Source: Eremomyces bilateralis CBS 781.70 (lineage: Eukaryota). From it: a stretch of DNA of 64,000 nt. Below, one piece after another: positions 11,683 through 21,480 of this stretch (the stretch's first letter is position 1; each line of letters begins with the position of its first letter). The notes under the pieces were generated by a model that was not told the DNA's origin, made no database searches, and saw only the letters and a list, made by a program, of their open reading frames with translations. The stretch lies in the NCBI GenBank assembly GCA_010015585.1, contig ML975163.1; one strand, given 5' to 3'. Position numbers and translations under genes: made by a program.

Positions 11683-12894
11683 CTAGACAACACAGGACGA
11701 CGACTCGTCGACGCCGAGAATGATGACCGCAATCCCCATCAGCCCACTGAGATTGTTCTTCAGATTCCTCCCTCCAGGATATTTGTCGAAATCATAATGC
11801 GCCTTCAACGTGATGTTGTCTCCTTTCTCGAACTTGCCAAAGTCATGACACGCTCCAAATGAGCTGACATGCACCGTGTCTGGCGCTCCCGCCGCAATGG
11901 TCTCCTTGCGGGGGATGTACTCCTCACTCCCACCATACGTGGTGAGCGAATTGCACACCTGCTCCCCATCTCTGAACACCTCGAGATGGACCCCGCCGTC
12001 ATGCATATGGCCAACAGTGGTAATCAGCGATCCAGCAAACGATGCGGTCCACGGCGCACCCTCCAACGTGAACTTCGTCGTGTTTAGCGGCGCTAGGATC
12101 TCCGACCCCATATCGTCACAACTCGCCGCATCGAGCCACAGCGCCTTAACTTCTTTATATCCGAGCTCCTTCGGCGTCTTATTCGCGTCCTCGGTGCTGA
12201 GTGGGACGAACTCAAACTCCGTGGTGAAGTACACCGGAGTGAGCGTGTCAATATCGTTCTTGATTTCTAGCTCCACGTCGATTGTGTCCTCCGGCCGGAT
12301 GAAATATCCCGCCTTGTCGTCAAACCCGGACCCATAGTACGTCGCATTTCGATCATTGTGCACCGCCATGATCCGCTCGCCATCCTTCTTGCTTCCGCAG
12401 AACAGATCACTCCGCCCTGGACCCTGGACCGAAAGCGAGTAATGATGCAACCAGACCCCGGTATTATAGTTCGCGATTTCAGGGCTTCCGTCGCAGGACG
12501 TTCGGTTGACGTACTCCAAGTTCGCGGAACCGTACTTCAGGATGCAGGCATCGCATGGCTTCAGCGTGTTCAGGATATTGAAGTGCTTGATGCCGCCTTC
12601 ATCTGCCATCCCGTGGTGTCCGCCCATCCCGGAGGTGTCGTTCCATAGCGGAGCGATGATGGGGCCGTAGCGAAGGCGGACTCGTTTGTTGGATGGGTGA
12701 GTCGGTGTGAGTTGCTCGATTTTCACGGGCAATGCGGGAGCATCATGGCCGCCTGCCATGCCACCGTCGGCTGCACCGCCGTGGCCGGGATCCATCTGCA
12801 TCCCGGCGTCATGACCACCATGCTCTTGAGAGTAGACGGAAGATCCGAAGGAAAGAATGAACGCAGCGAATGCGCTGCGGCTGGACCACTTCAT
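11683..12894 (-). CDS. Secreted protein with copper type II monooxygenase-like (PHM/DBH or SURNod19-like) motifs
   Basis: Intronless. Signal-peptide-like MKWSSRSAFAAFILSFGSSVYS is followed by a His/Met/Gly-rich leader, then motifs KPCDAC, WLHH, GHMHDGG, VCNS..YG and LMGIA. Confidence 0.75.
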   Translation of the reverse strand: MKWSSRSAFAAFILSFGSSVYSQEHGGHDAGMQMDPGHGGAADGGMAGGHDAPALPVKIEQLTPTHPSNKRVRLRYGPIIAPLWNDTSGMGGHHGMADEGGIKHFNILNTLKPCDACILKYGSANLEYVNRTSCDGSPEIANYNTGVWLHHYSLSVQGPGRSDLFCGSKKDGERIMAVHNDRNATYYGSGFDDKAGYFIRPEDTIDVELEIKNDIDTLTPVYFTTEFEFVPLSTEDANKTPKELGYKEVKALWLDAASCDDMGSEILAPLNTTKFTLEGAPWTASFAGSLITTVGHMHDGGVHLEVFRDGEQVCNSLTTYGGSEEYIPRKETIAAGAPDTVHVSSFGACHDFGKFEKGDNITLKAHYDFDKYPGGRNLKNNLSGLMGIAVIILGVDESSSCVV

Positions 12895-13722
12895 GATGAG
12901 AAGCAAGATGACTTGAAGAAACGAATGTAGACCGCACTGAACACTGGGTAGCAAGTAAGAAGAAGGGATAAGGAGACTTTATAACTGAAAGGCGACGCGC
13001 AACATTGCGTAATGCAGAGAAGTGCAAATCATAGATTCTCCATTTGTATAGACCTCCATAGTAAGATCTACACGTGGATGTATCATATCGAAGTAATTAA
13101 TTCCCTACCATCCTACGCTTGGAAACGACGAAAACAATGACCTGATATTCCCATTGAAGGCCGCTGACAACCGTTTCAGGGTTGGCATCACACCAATCCA
13201 GCAAATTCAGCGCGCTTGGAATGCCGCGTTCGCAATAAACCATGAAGCAAATGGTAAAGTAACATTCCTAATATTCTTCGGGGCGGCAATAGATGAAAAG
13301 ATATTGCATGGAAGTTGAACGGATTAGCGAAGATCTGGCCTGCCGCACCTTCGTGCCGCAATATCTCGAAAACCTAGGCAATATCGCCAGGAGCCGATCC
13401 TCGCTCGCTGCCGCACTGTCGCCCTGCCGCACGACAACCATCGACTCGGCGAGCGCGGCGGGTAATATTTTATAGCTATGACGAGTAAGGTGGATACGAT
13501 CCAGGCCTTTAACCTTATATCTTCAGGTTAGATTTAGATGCAGATGCGCGAGGGCCTCGGGGCGGCGAGTGGATGCGGCTACAAATGCACTGCGATGCGA
13601 AGACGCAGGTACTGCACTCCGTTCTGTGTCAGAAGGCGGCTCTGATGAACGATTCTGATCCATTTCGTCGCGGCTTGGCTTGATCTTGATCACCAGGTCC
13701 TCCAGTAACAAATCGGCATTCT

Positions 13723-13841
13723 GATGGTCCTCTCTCCCCAGTCCGAATCGTTCTTTTCTTGTGCACCATCACACAATCTGAGAGATGATCCTCTTTCTCC
13801 GGTCCGATCTGTTCTTTCTTCCGTACCATCACACAATCTGA
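13723..13841. repeat. Imperfect ~60-bp tandem duplication
   Basis: ACCATCACACAATCTGA occurs exactly at 13765-13781 and 13825-13841, and the flanking unit sequence also aligns. Confidence 0.85.
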
Positions 13842-14021
13842 ACGTACTCGCGCCGCCACTGGGTAGAAATAACTTCTAACCAACCTTCCATCTTGAGAGA
13901 CCTCACTAACCGAGATATGCAGCCCTGCGACCCAATTTCATCACCACTGACGATGCCTTGCATCCCATCTATTCATTCTGAGTAGGAACCAACCCCACAC
14001 GTCGGCAAGAAAGTTGCTCTT

Positions 14022-15624
14022 CTAGAAAGCCCGATCGCCCAACTCGCTCTCCCCATTCAATTTTCTCAGATGCTCCTCCGCGAGCTCACTCCGCACTGCC
14101 GAATTGTGGTTCTCTCTCTCCAACCGATCCCAATCATGCACGCCATCCCTCTTCTTCAACTCCCGCGCCTCAATGCTTTCCCTTAACCGCCTCGCCTCCT
14201 CCTCGAGCTTCTCGATCTTCGACATGTTCGCCACGTCCGGCAGCTTCTGCCCGCCGGAGACGATGGGCGGAAGGTCGGAGAGGTGCGACGACGAGGATGA
14301 GGGGGGTCCATTGTTGTTATTAAACCGTTGCGTGCGTGGGTAGGTGGTGGAGGTGCTGTTCCCAGCGCCGCGGAATGGTGCCGAACCAGGCCCACCGCCT
14401 CGGGGACCGGACGGTGCGTACCCGCCGCGCGGAGGCTGGTAGTTGTAGCTCGAACCGCGGCGAGGTGGACCGGAGGGGTAGTCGCGGTAATCGTCGCGAG
14501 GGTGCCCTCCGCGGCCCATGGGGCCGCCGCGTGGGCGGGATGGGGCAGAGAGGAGGGAAGGGCCGGTGGGGGCGGTGATAGGGGAGGTAAAGTTACGATT
14601 TGCAGCGGGACCCGTGGGAGGGGCGCGGATGGGAATGCCGTCGTCCCCGTTGCGGTATCCGTCATCGCGGTCGCTGGAATCGAACTTGTTGTCTCGGTAG
14701 TCGCGGTCGTCGCGGTCACGGACCGGGTAGCCATGTGGAGAGGACATACGCGACGTTGCATGGGAGTCGCGACCGGAGGGTGGGCCAGAAAAATAGTCGT
14801 CACGGATAGGTCGACGGGGAGAGGGTGAGCGGCGTCGCTCCGGGTAGTCTCGGCGGTCGTCTCGGTTCTGAGAGATGCGGTCTCTGGGTGGAGGGGAGTA
14901 ATCCCTAGGCTCGGCGCTAAGATCAATTAGACCCGTTCGCCGCCGAAATGCAACAAGCGATGAAAAGGACATACCTTCGGGGGGGTTCATATCGACCACG
15001 TGCAGAAGGCTCTCGCTCCCGTCGAGGCGGAGGCGATCTATCGCGCATTCGAATATCACGGTCACGGCTGTGTCCAGTCAATGACTCAGCCTTGTTTCGA
15101 TGAGTGGCGTAAACATACCCTATCTCCCGTCCAAAATCCCGCGGAGATGGCCGTCGCGGACCTCTTCGATCATCGTCTCGCGGCGACATGGCACGACGAG
15201 GAGGCGACCGAGCTCTGACGTCCTTGAACGCACCACGCGGGCTCCTGGACCGGCGTCGGAATCCCGGAGAGCGACTCCTGGGGCGCCCTCGGGGTCCTCC
15301 TGGAATATATGTATCGATCTGCGGTGCATCGCGTCGAGGAGGGGAACGGTATCGGGGAGGGCCAGGTCGCGGCGGTGGATCACCGCCCGGGCGGTAGGAC
15401 TCGCCGGCGCCGAGCCTGAAGGTGTTACGGTCATAATCTCGGTCTCGATCTTGGTCTCGATTAAACCTAATATGATGGATTAGCAAAGGCAGAGACGGTA
15501 GAGTCGATAAAGCTGCATCAAGACGCCCTGATCATGACCGAGAAATACTTGGATAGCCAAGTGCAATAGTGCAAGATAGAAAGGCGCCGTACCTCCGGTC
15601 TCTAGTATCGCGTTCACGATCCAT
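14022..15624 (-). CDS. Arg/Ser/Asp/Pro-rich low-complexity protein (SR-repetitive-like) with C-terminal coiled coil; exons 15624-15593, 15466-15119, 15067-14975, 14916-14022
   Basis: Starts MDRERDTRDRR. Introns 15467-15592, 15068-15118 and 14917-14974 have canonical sites and join the 187-aa and 347-aa ORFs. Contains RSRSP/RSPP repeats, RGG tracts and the tail KLEEEARRLRESI..SELAEEHL. Confidence 0.82.
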
Positions 15625-16434
15625 AGTGAAGGCTCCGAATCAGAAATGATCGTCGTTGGTTGAAAACTCCAAAAGCCAAGTGTAGCCAACGACACTGGTG
15701 CACTCGTTCGGGTGGAAGGAACTGGGGGTATGAACGAAAGTGATGAAGAGCGGTTTCATTCCTTCGCGAGGCGACAGTCGCGAGGCTCGAGGCGGCATTT
15801 TTATCGAATTTCGGCGTTCGCCCACGTCACGTGCGCCGACTGAACTTCACACACCGTTCTGTTGCATGCAGCCGTGCGTCTTTTGGGAGGCATCCAGAAA
15901 CCGGTTCGATGCAGCAATAAGTTATTTTCATGTCTTCTGATTGTCCATTTCGGCCTTTCGTCTTACTTCGAATGTCTAGCAGCGGTATAGGCGTCTTGCG
16001 TGGTGGTTTGGCGGCTTCAACTGTCGTGACCACGAAGCAGGGAGGCCGCACGGTGTGGCAAAGGCATCTCGAAGCCTCGTCCTTCTTGGGAACGGTTTCA
16101 TGGAAGATCGCATCGTTCGAGCGTGCAAGTTGCATGGTCTTACTTCTTTTGTCCTAGCGAGCGCGTCGACCGTACTGTCAGACGCATCTTTACTTCTCGT
16201 CGTCGAGCGCTATTCATTCGATCAGTGTCGTCTTGAGTTGCGGATGAGTATGCAGCAGTCGTTCCCAGTTCACGGATGTGTAGATATCGATTGTCGAACT
16301 TGTAAACTCTTGGAATCCTCTTCGTTCCCGTCCCAATAATATGTATACCACCGGATCCAGTTTCGCCATTTCGCCTCAACGCCTTTCCATGCCGAGATCG
16401 ATGCGTCGCCCGCCCAGTTCCTGTTATACACGGA

Positions 16435-18210
16435 TTACCGTTTACTTTTCCGCTCTTCATCCTTCTTAAGCCGCTTCCTGCTCTCCTCAGCAATCATCTG
16501 GCTTAGATCATCCTCGAAGCCACCTTTTGCCCAAGGATTCTGCTCTTTCTTTTGCGCCTCGTACTGCCTCTTAACCTCATCCTTACTGAGCTTCTCGTCT
16601 CGTTGCAGCGCATCTACATCCACGGACACGTCCACGTCGCCAGCTTTCCTCTTTCGCGACTTATCCTCCTGACCCAGCACAGGCAGGTTTTGATTGGCCG
16701 TCTTCAAGTCGTACTGCCGCTCGCTTCCGAAGAAACCTTGATTGCCGCGAACTTGTTGCTCGGGAATGACCTGGTAAGCTGCCCGACGTTCTTGAGGCTC
16801 TTCAGTATCTGTGCCACGGGTCTGTCGTCTGAGGGTAAAGTCAGGAGCCATGCTCTCCGCTCCACCGAATTCAGATGTCACCGCAGTTGCAATACCACTT
16901 GGAGTCGCGGTGCCACTCGGTCCAGGCGGGCCTTCATAACCTTCTTCTTCCTCCTCTTCCTCCTCCTCTTCGCTTTCTTCCTCCTCCTCGGATTCCTCTT
17001 CTGGAGGTTGTAGCTCGCCCCATAGGGTCTTCTCAACTGGCTCTCCTTGTTGTTGATTTTGCTGGGGCTGCATCACGCCGAAAATATCACCGCCATATAG
17101 AGGTCGGTTGAACTCATCAACGGGTGGCTTGCCGTAGCCGCCAGGATGGAAACCCCACTGCCCGCCGGGCGGAGGAGGGGCGTTCAAACCCGGGATTTTG
17201 AGAGCCGGATATGATGGTGGAGGACCATAGCGCTGTTGGTTGATCAGCCATGGCGGGGGAGCACCTGGCGGGATGTTCAGAGCCTCTTTCAGCTCGTCAC
17301 TTAGCTCACCGGGACGAAGGTGTCGAAGATTCGTCTCATACTCTTTGCCTTCGTAGTACACCTCGCCATATCGCGTCAATTCCGGTTTCGTTTGAAATCT
17401 GAAGAACGCTTCGTATAGCTTCTGGTAATCGATATCCAATTTGCCCATTTTTGGATTGACGCGCTCTCTTTGCTTCTGCTTGAGAGTCTGCTCGTTTTGC
17501 TTGTCGAGGACGGCATCTCGCATTTCTGCAATGCCAGTTTCTTGAATGAACTTGGGAAGGGTGAAAGCCGGTTTCTCGATTCCACGCTTCGAAGATAGGT
17601 ACTCTCGTTTGAGCGACCAGTGCGGTGGGACCGGGACGACATTTCTGTGCGACTTGATAGCTAACAGTAGCTGTGGATCTGAAGAAGTCACATCCGACCA
17701 CTCTACCAATTCCGGTTTTTTGACCAACGCTTTCAATTCAGCGATGGACAGCCTGCTCGCATCCTTTCGCTTCTTCTTGGATAGTTTCTGCTGCTGTTCC
17801 TGTTCCTCCTCTTCATCGAACACGTCGTCTTGTTCCCAGATCATTTGACCTTTCTCGGCTTCCTCTTGTTGAGCGGCCTGCGCGTCGGTATCGACGAACT
17901 TTCCCAGGACATCTTTGAAGGTGGCGAAAAGGGGATTGTCTTCATCAACGTTGATCTCGAAGTCGACGGGCTGTACCGGTTTGCCATCATCAGAATTTGT
18001 TTTTGCGGCGCCGTTGATGCCGTTTTGCTTGTCGGTGGGTGCTTCTTCACCTTGAAGTGTAGTTTCAGTGGCTGGAGTCGCCGCAGTCTGAAAGACGTTA
18101 GTATATTCATCCAAAAAAACTCGAGTCGACCGGTTCGCGCATACCTCTGCCTTCCTCTGCTTCTTCAGAGCCCTTCTTCGGGCATTCTTCGATTCTTTAG
18201 GTGCCGCCAT
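16435..18210 (-). CDS. SF3B2: Splicing factor 3B subunit 2 (SF3b145/Cus1); intron 18088-18144
   Basis: DUF382-like segment (PVPPHWSLKREYLSSKRGIEKP, PKMGKLDIDYQKLYEAFFRFQTKP) and PSP domain (PGELSDELKEAL..PPPWLINQQRYGPPPSYP). A 57-nt in-frame GTATGC..CAG intron lies near the 5' end. Confidence 0.96.
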   Translation of the reverse strand: MAAPKESKNARRRALKKQRKAEVCANRSTRVFLDEYTNVFQTAATPATETTLQGEEAPTDKQNGINGAAKTNSDDGKPVQPVDFEINVDEDNPLFATFKDVLGKFVDTDAQAAQQEEAEKGQMIWEQDDVFDEEEEQEQQQKLSKKKRKDASRLSIAELKALVKKPELVEWSDVTSSDPQLLLAIKSHRNVVPVPPHWSLKREYLSSKRGIEKPAFTLPKFIQETGIAEMRDAVLDKQNEQTLKQKQRERVNPKMGKLDIDYQKLYEAFFRFQTKPELTRYGEVYYEGKEYETNLRHLRPGELSDELKEALNIPPGAPPPWLINQQRYGPPPSYPALKIPGLNAPPPPGGQWGFHPGGYGKPPVDEFNRPLYGGDIFGVMQPQQNQQQGEPVEKTLWGELQPPEEESEEEEESEEEEEEEEEEGYEGPPGPSGTATPSGIATAVTSEFGGAESMAPDFTLRRQTRGTDTEEPQERRAAYQVIPEQQVRGNQGFFGSERQYDLKTANQNLPVLGQEDKSRKRKAGDVDVSVDVDALQRDEKLSKDEVKRQYEAQKKEQNPWAKGGFEDDLSQMIAEESRKRLKKDEERKSKR

Positions 18211-18814
18211 CGCAAGAGAGCGGCGCGATTCCTCGGCGGCGATCCCTCTTCTGTTGAAACGTAAGACGGATCAGTAGGGAATCCAGACGGTTATCTCACG
18301 CTTCGCGACGCCATCAACTGAGGTTACAGATGATGGGTATTATCTCGAATCTTGTGCGCTGTTGGGTTGACGCGGGTGGGTGGTGATGGAGATGATGGCG
18401 AACAAGTGGAAGTACACGGGATTTGTGGTGAAAGACTGGGAGCTGATCGGTGCACGTGACTTCGCGTTCGAGATCAGGCACCCCTAGTATTTTGGATGAA
18501 GCATTTGATAATAGCGTAGCTAGAAGGATGTCTGCAGACCACGAATCTCGTCCCGCACGCCTTTTTATTTCGTCTATAAAATAAATTGGCATCAGTGCTA
18601 CAGTGGACAGGATCTCTCACCACTAAAACGGTCGCGAACGTTTAGAAGGCTTCGGTCAATTGAGCGCATTTTGGGAACGAATGTGTTCATTTTGGACGGA
18701 TTACAAAGGACAATATCCCGTAACCTGCTAGATAGCACTCTGCTGATATGAATGCTTCCGAACAATGCTTCTCTACTCGCTGCCATGACATCCGAACGCC
18801 TTGAAAGCCCGTGA

Positions 18815-19883
18815 TTAAATAGCCAATTCTTTGCGTGTAGGTTCCTTCTCAATCTCATACTCAATCTCCGTCCTTGGTCCTTTGCTCGGGCGTTTGCTCG
18901 GCTTCGTGGCTTTGGTTGGCGGCCTCTTCCGCTTCAAGTCGCCAAGGGTCTTCTTCAAGCGAGCGACATCATCCCCATCGTCACTGGCCGAGCCATCGTC
19001 GCTCTCCTCTGAACCTTCCTCGTCGTCATCCTCTTCTCCGTCGGAGCTGTTGCCGTCAAACCAGTCTTCCATGTCACCCAGATCATCATCGTCTGTCTCG
19101 ATGTCGGATCCAGAGACATACTCGACCTCGCCCTCAGCACCTTCGTACTCGTACTCTCGTTCCATCTCGGATCCTTCCTCTTCCTCTATTCCCTCGTCCA
19201 AGTCCTCATCGCGGATACCTTCGCCTTGATTTTCCAAACCCCGCAGCACCTTCTTCCAAATGCCCTCCTCGACATTGAGCGGCCGATCTCCATAAGCCCC
19301 GCTGCGCAACCGCTCGACCAACTCCCTCTCAATCGCCCTCTCCACCCGCGCGGCAGACTCCGCCTTCCTCTCCCTCGTCGCCTCGCGTCTGCGCACCTTC
19401 GGCGCCAACTTAGGGACCAGTTTCTCACCCAGTCTCTCCTCCTCCTTCGCCAATCGTCGTGCTCGGATGGCCACTTGCGTCAGACGGGTCAAGCGCTGCT
19501 TGCATTTGTGAATGAGAAACTTCGGCCAGTAGATCAATCGCTCATCGACCTGCTCGAGCGCTTTGGCGTAGTTGTTGGAAAGTCGAATGCGCTCCCACCA
19601 TTTCGAAGGCATATGTGACCGCTCGGCTGTCCTCATGTAGAGATAGAGGACCCCGGTTTCAGGGTTTGCTCGGATGGTGGCGTAGCGGCTGTTGGCGAGA
19701 GGACATGACTGCCGGTTACATAGACCGGTGACATTGTACTCGTTACGGCAGAAGGTTTGCTCTTTGGTTGTCCTGGTTCAGTTAGCGACATGCTGCGAGG
19801 CGAAGGATTGTTGCGACGTACTTGAGCTTAAAGGCACAGAATTGCTGGTTGATAACCTGCCAGACAATCTCGTCGGACGCCAT
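18815..19883 (-). CDS. MAK16: Ribosome biogenesis protein Mak16; exons 19883-19822, 19772-18815
   Basis: Reads [64 protein letters not shown] and ends in an acidic tail with EIEYE. Intron 19773-19821 is canonical. Confidence 0.97.
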
Positions 19884-20175
19884 ATCTGCTCGTGATCGAG
19901 GCAATGTACCCCGGAGACAAACTGGAGTAAATTTCGGGAGTGGAAGTGCACACGGGATGGGTTGATAATGGGCAGGGTGTATTCCAGTTTCCCGTTCAGA
20001 GGATTTTCAGTTTTTGATAAATTTCGGGCCCCACAATTCCGACCAAAGTTGAGCACCCCTGCCTCCAAAGTCTTGGCATATATCACTGATTGGCCCGTGC
20101 GTCGAAGGACATCAATTCGGCCTCACGCGTCGCTGAAGCTCACAGCAACAAGAACAACACTATGATCTATAGCTG

Positions 20176-21414
20176 ATGAGGAATCCTCTCCCCAAGTTCC
20201 TTTTCCTCAAACGATGTTATCATCGTAGCTCTCCCCTCTTGGTGTCCCGCCAACGATTTCCCCAACACGCAAGACGCATTCGACCCGCCCCAAACCTGAC
20301 GTCTCTCCCTTGGAAATGGACAACCCTAGAGGACCCGTATCTCTCACCAGAGCATAGAGACGATGTGGGGGGTGTCAGGGTTGCGGATGTGCTACAGAGG
20401 GTCCAAGGGGGGCTACAACTTCATCCGGGCTCCCGTCAAGGCTCATCCTCTGGCGCACCGAGCGAAGGAAACGAACAAGATCGAGATGAAATCCAGAGCC
20501 TCGCGCTCTTGCTGGAGCACAGTGGATTAGTAGACAGGTCTAGGGGCAGCTCTCCCTCCGAACACGCCACGCAACTTGTCCACGCGATCTGGAAGTCCAC
20601 AAACCAGGCGGGGTTAATAATTGGCAGCTACAAGACCATGACTTCCTCCATCCCCCAGATTCCCGAGCTCGAGCTCTTAGCGGACATCGATGTCATGCTG
20701 TGGCTCAAGGCCAATCGAGCTGCTGAAGGTGTGTTTTATACTCTTGGGGACGGTCATGTCGACCTTCGCGTCCTCACACAGTCTGTATGCGACCTGAGCC
20801 GAGCCCTCACCATCGCCGCACCAGCGACGCGCACCTATCTCCCGCAAGCGTCGCCCGTCATCCTCCCATCCGTCTACTTCCACTCTACCAGCATTCTCCT
20901 CCGTTTACTGGCACCCGTTGCGCCGGCCTTTGCCGAAGAGTGCTGGCATACCATGCACAGGTTGACTCGACTCCCGGACCCGCTGCAGTCGTACAGCGAT
21001 CCAATGACCCGGGCGCTTGGATTGGTGCGGTTTGACAAGCGGTATGGAGGCCCTCCGCTATCGATCATGGCGCATCCGTTCCCGCAGGCCGACGAGAAGG
21101 CGTTGGAGCAGCTAGCCGCGCGGAAAATGAAGGCCACGAAGACACCGGACCGGAAAGATTTTTTCGAGGACGAGGTCCCGCTGCCTGACATTCTGTTGAC
21201 GGACAAGAATGCGGAGAACCAGCTGAAGGAGTGGTTGGGACAGGAACTCCTGAAGAAGGGGAGAGCAACGGGTCGGGCCAGCTCTGATCTATCTACGGTT
21301 GATAGTCGACCGTTTGTAAGCTCGGCAGTCGTACAAGCATTCAGAACAGGATTTCTGCGCATCAGGTTTGAGATGGAGCCTTCGGGCGATCGGCGTGGGA
21401 ATCCGAAAATATGA
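20176..21414 (+). CDS. Hypothetical protein resembling the anticodon-binding (C-terminal) domain of mitochondrial leucyl-tRNA synthetase, without a catalytic core
   Basis: 412-aa intronless ORF containing VYFHSTSILLRLLAPVAPAFAEECW..SIMAHPFP, which resembles the class Ia anticodon-domain signature. No HIGH or KMSKS motif. The N-terminus is Arg-rich and acid-free. Confidence 0.65.
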   Translation: MRNPLPKFLFLKRCYHRSSPLLVSRQRFPQHARRIRPAPNLTSLPWKWTTLEDPYLSPEHRDDVGGVRVADVLQRVQGGLQLHPGSRQGSSSGAPSEGNEQDRDEIQSLALLLEHSGLVDRSRGSSPSEHATQLVHAIWKSTNQAGLIIGSYKTMTSSIPQIPELELLADIDVMLWLKANRAAEGVFYTLGDGHVDLRVLTQSVCDLSRALTIAAPATRTYLPQASPVILPSVYFHSTSILLRLLAPVAPAFAEECWHTMHRLTRLPDPLQSYSDPMTRALGLVRFDKRYGGPPLSIMAHPFPQADEKALEQLAARKMKATKTPDRKDFFEDEVPLPDILLTDKNAENQLKEWLGQELLKKGRATGRASSDLSTVDSRPFVSSAVVQAFRTGFLRIRFEMEPSGDRRGNPKI

Positions 21415-21480
21415 CCGTCGCACAATATCAACGGTCACAGTATACATATTCGCTAGATTAACTACAAATCAATGGGGACA

